64,000 nt of DNA from Thermoanaerobaculia bacterium (GCA_963666565.1 OY762911.1:448001-512000); one strand, 5' to 3'; shown: positions 35,041 through 45,439, numbered from the stretch's first letter. The notes: generated from the letters alone by a model not told the origin. Program-made: numbers and translations.

Positions 35041-35760
35041 CTACCCGCCCGCCGCCTGGACGCCGGCGCGGCCGCCGCCGGCCGCCACCGCTCCCGCCAG
35101 GAGGCCCAGCCCGTCCCGGTTGCCCAGCAGCTCTTCGGCGCAACGCTCGGGATGCGGCATCAGGCCCAGCACGTTGCCACCGGCGTTGCAGACGCCGGCG
35201 ACCGCCCGCGCCGACCCGTTCAGGTTGGCCGCCGGATCGAGCCCGCCGGCCGCGTCCACGTACCGGAAGACGACCTGGCCCCTGCGCTCCAGTTCGTCGA
35301 GCGCCTCTTCAGTGTCCGCGTAGTTGCCCTCGGCGTGGGCGATCGGCATCCGCAGCACGTCGCCGCGCCGGTAGCGCGAGCACCAGGCCAGGTCGTCCCG
35401 CTCGACCCGCAGGTGGACGTCGACGCTGAGAAACCGCAGGTCGCGGTTGCGCCGCATGGCGCCGGGCAGCAGGCCCGTCTCCAGCAGCATCTGGAAGCCG
35501 TTGCAGATGCCGAGCACCCGTCCCCCGGCCTCCGCGTGGCGCCGCACCGCGCCCATGATCGGCGAGTGCGCCGCCATCGAGCCGGCCCGGAGGTAGTCGC
35601 CGTAGGAGAAGCCGCCCGGCAGGACGATCAGTTCGCATCCCTCCAGCGACGTCCGCTGGTGCCACAGGAACGTCGTCTCCTGCTCAAGCACGTGGCTCAG
35701 CACGTGGTACACGTCGTGGTCGCAGTTGCTGCCGGGGAAGACCACGATCCCGCACTTCAT
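35041..35760 (-). CDS. purQ: FGAM synthase glutaminase subunit PurQ
   Basis: FPGSNCD, PGGFSYGDYLR, GICNGFQ, MPHPER. Confidence 0.96.
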   Translation of the reverse strand: MKCGIVVFPGSNCDHDVYHVLSHVLEQETTFLWHQRTSLEGCELIVLPGGFSYGDYLRAGSMAAHSPIMGAVRRHAEAGGRVLGICNGFQMLLETGLLPGAMRRNRDLRFLSVDVHLRVERDDLAWCSRYRRGDVLRMPIAHAEGNYADTEEALDELERRGQVVFRYVDAAGGLDPAANLNGSARAVAGVCNAGGNVLGLMPHPERCAEELLGNRDGLGLLAGAVAAGGGRAGVQAAGG

Positions 35761-36047
35761 TCCGGGATCCACTCCACCGTGTAGTCCTCGACGATCGGGT
35801 TGGCCAGCAGGCGCCGGCACATCCGGTCCACCGCCTCGTTGGCCTCCGCTTCGTCGGCCGCCTCCAGCGCCACCTCGAAGCTCTTGCCCGCGCGGATGCG
35901 GCGCACGCCATCGAACCCGATGCGGCCGAGAGCGTCCTCGATCGCCCGGCCCTGGGGGTCGAGCACCTCGGCGCGCGGGTACACCAGTACGCGGGCCACG
36001 AAGCGGCCTTCCGATCCTTGTCCGTGGGGATTCGTCCGCAACGTCAA
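35757..36047 (-). CDS. purS: FGAM synthase subunit PurS
   Basis: VLDPQG, IRAGK, LLANPIVEDY. Confidence 0.93.
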   Translation of the reverse strand: MTLRTNPHGQGSEGRFVARVLVYPRAEVLDPQGRAIEDALGRIGFDGVRRIRAGKSFEVALEAADEAEANEAVDRMCRRLLANPIVEDYTVEWIPE

Positions 36048-36048
36048 C

Positions 36049-36846
36049 TCAACTCCTCCCCGCGGCGCTCAGACCGCCGACCTCCAGCCAGGGTCCCGGC
36101 CGGTGCTGCTCGGCCACCACGAGCCTTGCCCGCGAGCGGCGCCGGTCGAGCACCGGCCTCACCGCCGCGGCGGCGAACGCCGGGGTGTTGTTCGTCTTGG
36201 AGAGGTGGCAAAGGACGATCCAGGACAGACGATCCGAAAGCAGAGCCTCGATGCCGGCGGCGGCGTCCTCGTTGCTGAGGTGCCCTCGCCCCGAAGCGAC
36301 TCGCTCCTTGAGGCGCCAAGGGTATGGCCCCGTGCGCAGCATGTCGAGATCGTGGTTCGATTCCAGCAGGAGAATGTCGAGATTCCGGAGACTCCTCCAG
36401 GCCTCCGTTGTCCGGCGCCCCAGGTCGGTCGCCAGGCCGAGCCGGTATCCGCCGCCGCTCTCCACCACGATGCCGACCGGCTCCCGCGCATCGTGGGAGA
36501 CCGGGAACGTCTCGATCCTGAACCCTGCGGCGGCGAGCGGAACTCCGGGACCCATCGGGCGGGCGAGGGCGCCGAGGCCGCGCAGCAGCGGCCCCCTGTA
36601 TGTGCCGCGCGTGCCGTAGACCGGTACCCGGTGCCGCCGCGCGAAGCGATCGACCCCCCGGCAGTGGTCGTCGTGCTCGTGGGTCAGGAGAACCGCATCG
36701 ACGTCGGCCGCGGAGCGGCCCACCGCCTCCAGGCGGCGTTCGAGCTCCCGGCACGAGAATCCGGCATCGAGCAGCAGGCAGCCCTCGCCCGACTCGACGA
36801 TCATGCTGTTGCCGCCGCTGCCGGAACCGAGCACGACGGCCCGCAG
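36049..36846 (-). CDS. MBL-fold metallo-hydrolase (YycJ/WalJ-like)
   Basis: LGSGSGGN, THEHDDH, SHDA, TDLG, ESNHD, GHLSN, HLS; start CTG 36846 or GTG 36834. Confidence 0.88.
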   Translation of the reverse strand: MRAVVLGSGSGGNSMIVESGEGCLLLDAGFSCRELERRLEAVGRSAADVDAVLLTHEHDDHCRGVDRFARRHRVPVYGTRGTYRGPLLRGLGALARPMGPGVPLAAAGFRIETFPVSHDAREPVGIVVESGGGYRLGLATDLGRRTTEAWRSLRNLDILLLESNHDLDMLRTGPYPWRLKERVASGRGHLSNEDAAAGIEALLSDRLSWIVLCHLSKTNNTPAFAAAAVRPVLDRRRSRARLVVAEQHRPGPWLEVGGLSAAGRS

Positions 36847-36955
36847 CCCCGCGCCTCCGCCCGTCCTGCGGCGGCGCGCCTGGAGCTTCGACTCGCGGGC
36901 GGCGGCCGCCAGCGCGCCGTCGCCGAAGAGCGGGAGTTGCCGGCGCAAGCTCCTG

Positions 36956-37065
36956 CTAGCGCCCCGCAACCCCTCGCGGACTCGGTGTTTCGGCCCATCC
37001 CGTCCGCACGGCGGCGCCTGCGTCGCAGAACTTGCTTCGCTGCGTTCCGCGGCGCAAGCTCCTAG
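36956..37065. mobile_element. family B CTAG-bounded MITE-like element
   Basis: Closely similar to 4115-4223. Confidence 0.7.
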
Positions 37066-39974
37066 AACCGCTGGCCGATCCAGAACGTCGTGCGGCTGTC
37101 GCCCGACTCCTTCAGATCCCACTGGGTCGCGAAGTCCCAGTGCAGATCGAGGCCGAGCATTCGCACCGTGATGCCGAAACCGTAGGCCGCGATCGCGTCG
37201 TCGAGCCGGCTGTTCTCCGAATCCCAGACGTCGAAGTCCTGGATGCCGTCGAAGTAGGCGCCGGCGATGTCGAGGAAGAAGCGGCCCTGGATCCCCTGGA
37301 AGGTCCAGATCGGGGTGACGAAGAAATCGACCAGGGGGAACCGCAGCTCCAGGTTCGTGAAGAAGCCGTGGTCGCCGACCATGTCGCGGAAGTCGACGCC
37401 CCGTACCGTGTCCAGACCGCCGAAGTACACCGGATTGGGGAAGTTCCCGGTCCTCATGCTGCCGAAGAGCCGGGTCGCGAAGACGCTGCGCCGGGTCAGC
37501 GGGAAGTACTTGCGCGCGTCGAGCTGGAACGTCTGCGTCAGTGCGCCGGAGGTCTCCAGATCGGGGGCGTACTCCGCCGACAGGCGGTAGCGGTGCCCGC
37601 TCGACGGTCCCGCCGGCCCGAACACCGTCGTGTCGCCGACCAGGGCCGTCTGGATCACCGGATAGTCGTCTTCCCGCGGCTGGACGATCGGGATCGGCCG
37701 GCCGAAGTCGTCGAAGACCAGGTTGAAGTCGCTGTCGTACGCATAGGCCTGATAGTCGAGCTTGCGGCGGATGTAGCCGGCGCCCAGCTCGAACCGCCGG
37801 TAGAAGCTCATCGGGTAGGAGATGGAGAAGATGGCGCCGGTCTGCTGGAAGAAGGACCGGCCCCGTTCGTAGTACCCGTAGCGGTAGTCGTAGCCGACGT
37901 AGAAGGCGCGGTCGTCGAACAGCGACACCTGCCACTGCAGCCGGTTCGAGAGGTTCAGGTAGGTCACGTTGAACATCGAGAAGCTCTCGATCGAGGCGAA
38001 CGTGGTGAACAGCCGGCGGTCCCCCAGGAAGTCCGAGAACTGCAGGTAGACCTGGCCCAGGAAGGTCTGGTTGTCGTCGACGCCGACCGCGGTCTGGGCA
38101 TCCTCCAGGAACAGTCTCCAGCCCCGCTTGTCCTCCTTGTTCGACTCGTCGATCGAGACCTGGATGTCCGGCTCGAAGAGATCGATCGCCGGGATCGGCC
38201 CCGCGATCCGGCCCACGTCCACCATCCGGACCTCGCCGATCGGTTCGTCGATGTCCGTCTCGTAGAGGTCGAACCGGCCCTGCCAGAAGCCGGTGTACAC
38301 CAGCCGGTCGTCGCTCCCGGCCCTGCCCAGAACGGTCGGCTGGAAGCAGCCGGTGATCGCGTTCGTGTACTGCCGGAGTTCGCCCGTCTCGACGCTGAGC
38401 CCGAAGATGTTCTCGGCGCCCGTGCGGTCCGAGGTGAAGTACACCGTCCGGTCGTCGCTCGAGAAGACAGGGTCCGTGTTGTGGTGCTCGTCGCTGCTCA
38501 GGCGAACGCGCTCGTTCGTCTCGAGGTCGAGCCGGAAGAGCTGCGCCTTCTCGCCCGGAACCGAGGAGAAGACGATCCACTTGCCGTCGTGCGAGTAGGA
38601 CGGAGAGCCGTCGAAGACCTCGTCGTTCGTCAGGTTCCGGATCTCCAGCGACGCCAGGTCGAGCTGGAAGATGTCGTATTGCCCGTTCTGGTTGCCGCCG
38701 AAGGCGATGCTTCGGCCGTCCGGGCTCCACGCCGGCGCCGTCTGCTGCTCGATCTCCATGTCGATGACCCGGCGCACGCCCCCGCCCAGCACGTTGACGA
38801 TGGCCAGGGAGTAGCCCGCCTCCTTGCGCACGAAGGCGGCCAGCGAGTTGCCGTCGGGAGAGAACGCCAGATCGCTGCCGTGCTTGCGCCCCAGGGTCAG
38901 CATCTGGGCGACGTAGTGGCGGAAGTCCGCCGTGTAGCCCTTCGTCAGATTGCGAACCGGCTCGCGTTCCTGGGTGTCGAAGAGAACGATGTCGACGTCG
39001 CCCTGGAAGGTCGAGTACGCCGCCACCAGGTCGCCCGACGGCGAGGCCACCGGCGACGTCTCCTGGCTGCCCTGGGGACGGGTGCGGAACGGCCGACCGA
39101 AGTCGCTGGGTTCGCCGGTCGCCACCAGTTCGGGCAGGTAGCGGTTGCGGAGCCAGCGGCGGAACTCCAGGTCGAAGTCCTCGGGGTCCATGCGGAAGGC
39201 CCGTTCGATCGCCCGGCCCACCCGCGAGCCGATCGTGTTCCGGAACTCGAACAGGAAGTCGATCACCCCGTCGGCGCCCCAGCGCTCCTCCATGAAGTCG
39301 AACGCGGCGTGGCCGTAGCGGTAGGCGAAGAAGCCGCTCGCCTGGCCCGAGGTGATGGGCGGCAACCGGTCGTTGACCACGGCGTCCCGCAGGTACATCC
39401 GGTCGGAGGCGCTCTCGTCCTCGGCGAAGTAGCTCGCCATCCCCTCCATCAGCCACTGCGGCGGGCTGTTCGTCATCGCCCGTCCGAGGCTGCCCCCGAA
39501 GAGGATGTGGTACTGGAAGATGTGGGTCAGTTCGTGGAGGATGAGCTCGTAGAGTTCGACGTCCGGCAGGTCGATCGGCAGGACCATCCGGAAGCGCGCC
39601 GACGTGGCGAACGCCGCGACCCCCTCCGGGATGAAGTTGACCATCACGTTGTTCTGGAGGAAGTCGGAGTGCGTGTTGTAGACGATCAGCGGCGTAGGCT
39701 CCTGGATCTGGTAGTCCAGGTCGAGCGACAACTGGTCGTACGCGCTCTCCGCGAGCGAAGCGACCTTCTGCAGCAGGGGCTCGCTCTCGGAGTAGTAGTA
39801 GATGTCGAAGTGGGTCGAGTGGTAGATCCGCCAGTCGAAGTCCTCGTAGCGGATCTTGTTCTTGCCGAAGCCCTGCGCCTCAAGGCCGGCGGCCGAGCAG
39901 ACCAGCAGGGCGCAGGCGAGGGCGGCGACGCGGGTGGCCGGCATGGCGGCCGGCCGGATTGGTGCTGAGCTCAA
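37062..39974 (-). CDS. peptidase-MA-like + PD40/TolB propeller + Omp85 (BamA/TamA-family) barrel protein
   Basis: FGKNKI, HELTH, WLMEGMA; repeated SPDG/WSPDG; GGLDTVRG and terminal Phe (IGQRF). Confidence 0.85.
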   Translation of the reverse strand: MSSAPIRPAAMPATRVAALACALLVCSAAGLEAQGFGKNKIRYEDFDWRIYHSTHFDIYYYSESEPLLQKVASLAESAYDQLSLDLDYQIQEPTPLIVYNTHSDFLQNNVMVNFIPEGVAAFATSARFRMVLPIDLPDVELYELILHELTHIFQYHILFGGSLGRAMTNSPPQWLMEGMASYFAEDESASDRMYLRDAVVNDRLPPITSGQASGFFAYRYGHAAFDFMEERWGADGVIDFLFEFRNTIGSRVGRAIERAFRMDPEDFDLEFRRWLRNRYLPELVATGEPSDFGRPFRTRPQGSQETSPVASPSGDLVAAYSTFQGDVDIVLFDTQEREPVRNLTKGYTADFRHYVAQMLTLGRKHGSDLAFSPDGNSLAAFVRKEAGYSLAIVNVLGGGVRRVIDMEIEQQTAPAWSPDGRSIAFGGNQNGQYDIFQLDLASLEIRNLTNDEVFDGSPSYSHDGKWIVFSSVPGEKAQLFRLDLETNERVRLSSDEHHNTDPVFSSDDRTVYFTSDRTGAENIFGLSVETGELRQYTNAITGCFQPTVLGRAGSDDRLVYTGFWQGRFDLYETDIDEPIGEVRMVDVGRIAGPIPAIDLFEPDIQVSIDESNKEDKRGWRLFLEDAQTAVGVDDNQTFLGQVYLQFSDFLGDRRLFTTFASIESFSMFNVTYLNLSNRLQWQVSLFDDRAFYVGYDYRYGYYERGRSFFQQTGAIFSISYPMSFYRRFELGAGYIRRKLDYQAYAYDSDFNLVFDDFGRPIPIVQPREDDYPVIQTALVGDTTVFGPAGPSSGHRYRLSAEYAPDLETSGALTQTFQLDARKYFPLTRRSVFATRLFGSMRTGNFPNPVYFGGLDTVRGVDFRDMVGDHGFFTNLELRFPLVDFFVTPIWTFQGIQGRFFLDIAGAYFDGIQDFDVWDSENSRLDDAIAAYGFGITVRMLGLDLHWDFATQWDLKESGDSRTTFWIGQRF

Positions 39975-39984
39975 CTGCTCCTCC

Positions 39985-40731
39985 TCAGGGCGTGAAGATC
40001 ACGCGCGAGACTTCGATGTCCTTCTGCGTGAAGACGCCCAGAATGCGGTCCTCCAGGGCGTACAGGTTCTCGAACATCCCCTGCAGCGGGTCCGCCTGCT
40101 CGCCCTCGAAGCTCTTGAAGTCCTTGAAGTTGTCGTTGTAGATCAGTTCGCCGGTCGAACCGTCGAAGACCATGACGACGATGTCGTACTCGAAGCCCGT
40201 CTGCTCGACGAGAACCTGCCGGTACATCGTGCGGCCGTCGAAAGGCGAGATGTACTCCTCGGTGCGGTAGCCCGACCGATCCTGGATGTCGAAGTCCAGG
40301 GTGCCGGCGAGGATCAGGTCCGACTGCGTACTCTCGCCGAGATTGCGCCAGAAGTCCTCGTCCCTGGCCAGCATCTCCAGGTCGTAGGTCGGGTAGTCGA
40401 TCCGTCCCGCCTCGACGATCCGCAGGTCCGTCTCGCGGCGGAGCACCTTGTTCAGGTAGCGCTCGAACTCGCCCTGGACGTCGATGTCCGACCCTTCGAT
40501 CCGGCCCTCGCCTTCCTGGCTCACGACCAGGAACGGCGCCGGCAGCAGGGTGTCGCGGCCCGCGAGGTCGATGCGCGCCCGCATGGGCAGCTTGAGCCTC
40601 ACTTCGACGGTGCCCTGGGCGCTCGCCGGAACCGCCGTCGACGGCGCCAGCAGGCCGGCAAGGAAACCGGCCGACACCACAACCGCCAACGCATTGCGGG
40701 CGGCCGATCCTCTACTGGCAACTTGCGTCAC
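39985..40731 (-). CDS. secreted hypothetical protein
   Basis: Signal-like N-terminus, GC3-rich coding bias, operonic with the Omp85 gene. Confidence 0.7.
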   Translation of the reverse strand: MTQVASRGSAARNALAVVVSAGFLAGLLAPSTAVPASAQGTVEVRLKLPMRARIDLAGRDTLLPAPFLVVSQEGEGRIEGSDIDVQGEFERYLNKVLRRETDLRIVEAGRIDYPTYDLEMLARDEDFWRNLGESTQSDLILAGTLDFDIQDRSGYRTEEYISPFDGRTMYRQVLVEQTGFEYDIVVMVFDGSTGELIYNDNFKDFKSFEGEQADPLQGMFENLYALEDRILGVFTQKDIEVSRVIFTP

Positions 40732-40816
40732 GCGTCACCTCCAGACCGTCGGGGAAGCAAGAACCGTTCCACCACCTCGCCGGGCCAACCGCAGCCGCCG
40801 CGTACCGGAGGGCAGG

Positions 40817-41305
40817 TCACCGGGCGCCGGCCAGCGGTTCGTTCCCGCCGCCTCCGCCGTTCCCGGTCGCCGCCGGCTGGCCGGCTTCCTCCGCGGCGGC
40901 CGGCGCCTCTTCCTCGCCGTCGCCGCGGTCGCCCTTGAAGTTCTGGTAGTACTCGACGAAGCGCGAGTAGTTCCGCCGGACGTCCCGCTCGCGAGGCGCG
41001 AGCCGCAGGGCCTGCCGGTAGTAGCCCAGCGCTTCCTCGAACAACCCCAGCGCTTCGTGCGCGACGGCGATGTTGCTGAGGATGGCCGGGTGTTCCGGCT
41101 CGATCCGGCGCGCCTGCTCGAAGCGGAACAGCGCTTCGCTCCAGAGGCCCCGGCCGGCCATGTCGACCCCGAACTGCCACTGCTGTTTGGCCTCCGGGGC
41201 CACCTTGCGCTTCTGCGCCCCGGCGGCGCCCGAAACGGTCGCCAGGACGAGCGCTCCGGCGATCAGGGGCAGAACGCGCGGACGGCGCTGAGCGGTGCGC
41301 GTCAT
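40817..41305 (-). CDS. secreted TPR protein
   Basis: Signal peptide, LWSEALFRFEQA...NIAVAHEALGLFEEALGYY. Confidence 0.8.
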   Translation of the reverse strand: MTRTAQRRPRVLPLIAGALVLATVSGAAGAQKRKVAPEAKQQWQFGVDMAGRGLWSEALFRFEQARRIEPEHPAILSNIAVAHEALGLFEEALGYYRQALRLAPRERDVRRNYSRFVEYYQNFKGDRGDGEEEAPAAAEEAGQPAATGNGGGGGNEPLAGAR

Positions 41306-41400
41306 CGAACCAGTATAGATCACGGACCCGGATTCCGTCTCTGTCTCTAGCGCCGTTCCACGCCCCTGCGAGGGCGCACGACCGAAGAGGAGACAGCACG

Positions 41401-42573
41401 ATGGCAGACAACCCGACCCCGAACGAGAACGCCCCAAAGGGCGGAGACGGCGAGAGACGCGCGCTGGTGGCGCTCAACATGGTCCACGGCAACCGCGGTC
41501 TCATCTGCGCCCTCGCCCAACGGCGCCCCGCGCCCGAGGAACTCCGCTGCGACCGTTTCGCCGCGCGGGCGGCGAGCTGCCTCGAGGCGCCGCGGCACAA
41601 GGTGAGGACCATCCTGCTCGCGGCGCGCGGCCGCCTCGACGACGCCGGCGCGGAGATGGCGCGGGCCGGCGAGGAGGGGGTGGCGATCGTCACCCTGCTC
41701 GATCCGGATTACCCGCCGGCGCTCGCCGACCTCGGACTGCAGGCGCCTCCCGTCCTCTACGTGCGCGGCCGCCTGAACGCCGCGCCCGGCATCTCCGTCG
41801 TCGGTTCGCGCAAGGCGGACGCGTACGGTCTCGAAGTCACCGCCTGGTTCGCGCGCCGGCTGGCCGCGGCCGGCCTGGTCGTCATCTCGGGATTCGCCCG
41901 CGGCATCGACCAGGCCGCCCACCGCAGCGCTCTCGCGGCCCGCGCCGGCACCGGTCGCACCGCCGCCGTGCTCGGCTGCGGGATCGACGTCGACTACCCC
42001 CGCAACAGCCGCCGCACCGCGGCCGAGATCGCTCGCCACGGTTGCCTCGTCACCGAGTTCCCGTTCGGCTGGCAGCCCCGCCCCATGCACTTCCCGATCC
42101 GCAACCGCATCATCGCCGCGCTCGGCTTCGCTTCGCTCGTCGTGCGCGCCGCGCGGCGCTCCGGCTCCCTGATCACGGCGCGGCTGGCGCTGGACCTCGG
42201 GCGCGATGTCTACGCGGTGCCGGGTTCCGTCCTCTCCCGGGCTTCCGCCGGCGCCCACCTGCTGCTGCGGGACGGAGCGATTCCCGCGCTCGACCCCGAC
42301 GCGATGCTCGAAACCCTGCCCACGGCGGTCCTCGACCGGCTCGAAAGCGTCCCCGCGAATCCGCGCGAGCCGACCTCGTCGTCCGACCCCGGCGCTTCCT
42401 CCGAGGTCGACGGCCTCCTCGCCGTCCTGCGGGAAGGCGCCTCGACCCCGGAGGAACTCGCGTCCCGGCTTCGGCAACCCGTGCCCGGCGTCCTCGCCAC
42501 GCTCGCCCGCCTGGAAATCGACGGACTCGTCCGCCGCTACGAGGGCGCGAACTACGCGCTGACGACCCGCTGA
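41401..42573 (+). CDS. dprA: DNA-processing protein DprA
   Basis: VVGSR, SGFARGIDQAAH, FPIRNRII, SGSLITA. Confidence 0.94.
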   Translation: MADNPTPNENAPKGGDGERRALVALNMVHGNRGLICALAQRRPAPEELRCDRFAARAASCLEAPRHKVRTILLAARGRLDDAGAEMARAGEEGVAIVTLLDPDYPPALADLGLQAPPVLYVRGRLNAAPGISVVGSRKADAYGLEVTAWFARRLAAAGLVVISGFARGIDQAAHRSALAARAGTGRTAAVLGCGIDVDYPRNSRRTAAEIARHGCLVTEFPFGWQPRPMHFPIRNRIIAALGFASLVVRAARRSGSLITARLALDLGRDVYAVPGSVLSRASAGAHLLLRDGAIPALDPDAMLETLPTAVLDRLESVPANPREPTSSSDPGASSEVDGLLAVLREGASTPEELASRLRQPVPGVLATLARLEIDGLVRRYEGANYALTTR

Positions 42574-42701
42574 CGGGCTGGGTGCGCGGGTCTTCCGACC
42601 CGCCCATCGGCGCGACGACTTCGCCGCCCCCAAACCCTGCCGCCGCGGGCCGGGTGCGCGGGTCTTCCGACCCGCCCAGCGGCCGCGGCGACTTCGCCGC
42701 C
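42574..42701 (-). repeat. two tandem family A REP-like units, 72-bp period
   Basis: gggtgcgcgggtcttccgacccgccca...gacttcgccgcc at 42580 and 42652, between convergent dprA and topA. Confidence 0.8.
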
Positions 42702-42702
42702 G

Positions 42703-45399
42703 CTATCGCTGGCGCCGCGTCTTCTTCTTCGCCGGCCTCCTCCTACGCGCCGGCCGGCGGCGGGGCGCCCGGGGGTCCTTGCCCTGGGCCACCAGCTTCG
42801 CCTCGCGCGCCGCCAGGAGTTCGACCGCTTCTTCCAGGCCGACCTCCTGCGGCTCCCTGCCCTTCGGCACCGTTGCGTTGACCTGGCCGTCCGTCACGTA
42901 AGGTCCGTAGCGCCCCGTCTTGACGGAGAGAGCGAGGCCGCTTTGCGGGTGCTCGCCCAGCTCCTTGAGCACGGACGACGCGCCCCGGCGGCGCTTGGGC
43001 TGGCGCAGCAACGCCAGAGCCTCGTCGAGGGTCAGGGTCGCCATCTGCTCGTGGCCTTCCAGGCTGCGGCTCTCCTTGCCGCAGCGGACGTAGGGCCCGT
43101 ACCGCCCGTCCTGCACGGTGACCGCCTCGCCGCTGTCGGGATGGGGCCCGAGCTCGCGCGGGAACGACAGCGCAAGGAGCGCTTCGTCGAGCGTCAGTCG
43201 CTCCCGGTCCATCGACGGCCACAGGCTGGCTGTCTTCGGCTTGCCTGCGCCGCGCCCGGCCTTCCGGCCCTTGCCGCCCGGCGACGGTTCCCCCAACTGG
43301 ACGTAGTCGCCGTAGCGGCCCGTCTTGACGTAGACGGGTTCGCCGGTCTCCGGATGACGGCCGAGCGGACCGCTCTCTTCCGGCGCGCTTTCGAGCATCG
43401 AGAGAGCGCGCTCCAGCGTGATTTCGTCGGGCGGCACGTTGTCCTCGAGGGACAACCGCTGGCCGTCGTCGCCCGCCTGGAGGTAGGCGCCGTAGCGGCC
43501 GACGCGGACGACGACCTCCCGGCCCTCCCCGTCCTCGCCCAGCCGCAACGAACAGACCGCCCTGGCGTCGATGCCGTCCACGCCGTCCCCGACCATGGAC
43601 TGCAGACCCTCGCGGCCGGCCTCGGACGGGCCCGGCTCGCGGCCGAAGTAGAAGTGGCGCAACCAGGGTTCGGCTTCCCGTTCGCCGCCGGCGATCGCAT
43701 CGAGATCGGCCTCCATGCGCGCCGTGAAGTCGAGGTCCACGAGATCGCCGAGGTGCCGCTCCAGCAGTCGGGTCACGGCGAAGGCGAGGAACGTCGGCAC
43801 CAGGGCCGAGCCCTTCTTCCAGACGTACCCCCGGTCGACGATCGTCTGCAGGATGGCGGCGTAGGTCGAGGGCCGGCCGACCCCCTGCTCTTCCAGTTCG
43901 CGAACGAGACTGGCCTCCGTGTAGCGCGCCGGCGGCTGGGTCGTGTGGCCGTTCGCCTCGGCGCCGGCCACTCCGACCGTTTCGCCCTGGCGAAGGGCCG
44001 GCAGGAACCGCTCCTCGTCCTCGGCGCGGCGCCGCGGATCGTCGCGACCCTCCACGTAGACGCGCAGGAAGCCGGCGAAGCGCAGCACGCGGCCCGAGGC
44101 GGCCAGTTGAACCGGTCCGGCCCCGGGTGTGGACGTCTCCAGGCGCACGCTCGTCGTGGTGCCCTTGGCGTCCTTCATTTGGGACGCCAATGTCCGCTTC
44201 CAGATCAGTTCGTACAGACGGAGCGAGTCCCGATCGAGGGCGCCGCGCACCTGGTTCGGCGTGCGGAAGCTGGTGCCCGCGGGCCGGATCGCCTCGTGCG
44301 CCTCCTGCGCCTTCGCCCTGCTGGCGTAGACCCGCGCCTTCCCCGGCAGGTACTCCGCGCCGTAGAGATCGGCGACCTGCCGCCGCGCGGCGGCGATCGC
44401 CTGCCCGGACAGCACCGTCGAGTCCGTCCGCATGTAGGTGATGTAACCGTTCTCGTACAGCCCCTGGGCCACTCTCATCGTCCTCTGGGCGGCGAACCGC
44501 AGCTTGCGCGCCGCCTCCTGCTGGAGGGTCGACGTGATGAACGGCGCGTAGGGGCGGCGGGTGAAGGGCCGCTCCTTCACCTCGGCGACCGTCGGACGGG
44601 TCGCGGGCAACTCCTCGCCCAGCTTCCGGGCCTCGGCCTGAGAGAGCAGGTGCGCCTTCGTCTTCAGCTCTCCGGTCGTCCGGTCGAAGTCCCGGCCGCG
44701 GGCCACCGTCCTGCCGCCGATCGCCGACACCCTCGCGGAGAAGCGGCGGTTCTCGCCGTCTTCGGTCTCCAGCTCCGCCTCCACCGACCAGTAGCCGGCC
44801 GGCACGAAGGCCATCCGCTCGCGCTCCCGCTCCACCACGATCCGGGTCGCCACCGACTGCACGCGGCCGGCCGACAGGCGCGGCTGCACCTTCTTCCAGA
44901 GCACCGGAGAGACCTCGTAGCCGTAGAGCCGGTCCAGCACCCGCCGGGCCTCCTGGGCGTCCACCAGCCGGCGGTCGATGTTCCGCGTCTCGTTCAGGGC
45001 AGCCTCGACCGCCGACTTCGTGATCTCGTGGAAGACCATCCGGCGCACCGGGACCTTCGGCCGGAGCACCTCCTGCAGGTGCCACGCGATCGCCTCGCCC
45101 TCGCGATCCTCATCGGTCGCGAGCACGAGCTCGTCGGCGTTCCGCAGTGCCTTGCGGAGTTTCGCGATCTGCTCCTTCTTCTCGCGCGGGATCACGTAGA
45201 GCGGATCGAATCCGCCGTCGATGTCGACCCCGAGGCGGGCCCACGGACGCCCCCGGTACTTCTGCGGCACCTCGGCGGCGGTCCGGGGCAGGTCCCGGAT
45301 GTGGCCGATCGAGGACTCCACCCGGTAGCCGGGCCCGAGGTAGCGCTCGATCGTCCGGGCCTTGGCCGGCGACTCGACGATGACGAGAGAGTTGCTCAT
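42703..45399 (-). CDS. topA: DNA topoisomerase I with C-terminal Topo_C repeats
   Basis: IVESPAKA, ATDEDREGEAI, GYITYMRTDS, GRPSTY, repeated GRYG. Confidence 0.97.
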   Translation of the reverse strand: MSNSLVIVESPAKARTIERYLGPGYRVESSIGHIRDLPRTAAEVPQKYRGRPWARLGVDIDGGFDPLYVIPREKKEQIAKLRKALRNADELVLATDEDREGEAIAWHLQEVLRPKVPVRRMVFHEITKSAVEAALNETRNIDRRLVDAQEARRVLDRLYGYEVSPVLWKKVQPRLSAGRVQSVATRIVVERERERMAFVPAGYWSVEAELETEDGENRRFSARVSAIGGRTVARGRDFDRTTGELKTKAHLLSQAEARKLGEELPATRPTVAEVKERPFTRRPYAPFITSTLQQEAARKLRFAAQRTMRVAQGLYENGYITYMRTDSTVLSGQAIAAARRQVADLYGAEYLPGKARVYASRAKAQEAHEAIRPAGTSFRTPNQVRGALDRDSLRLYELIWKRTLASQMKDAKGTTTSVRLETSTPGAGPVQLAASGRVLRFAGFLRVYVEGRDDPRRRAEDEERFLPALRQGETVGVAGAEANGHTTQPPARYTEASLVRELEEQGVGRPSTYAAILQTIVDRGYVWKKGSALVPTFLAFAVTRLLERHLGDLVDLDFTARMEADLDAIAGGEREAEPWLRHFYFGREPGPSEAGREGLQSMVGDGVDGIDARAVCSLRLGEDGEGREVVVRVGRYGAYLQAGDDGQRLSLEDNVPPDEITLERALSMLESAPEESGPLGRHPETGEPVYVKTGRYGDYVQLGEPSPGGKGRKAGRGAGKPKTASLWPSMDRERLTLDEALLALSFPRELGPHPDSGEAVTVQDGRYGPYVRCGKESRSLEGHEQMATLTLDEALALLRQPKRRRGASSVLKELGEHPQSGLALSVKTGRYGPYVTDGQVNATVPKGREPQEVGLEEAVELLAAREAKLVAQGKDPRAPRRRPARRRRPAKKKTRRQR

Positions 45400-45411
45400 A
45401 CGCGCGGGGCG

Positions 45412-45439
45412 ACGATAGTAGAGAAGCGGACCTTGTCAA
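45412..45439 (-). promoter_or_regulatory. putative sigma70 promoter of topA
   Basis: TTGACA-16 bp-TATCGT. Confidence 0.5.
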
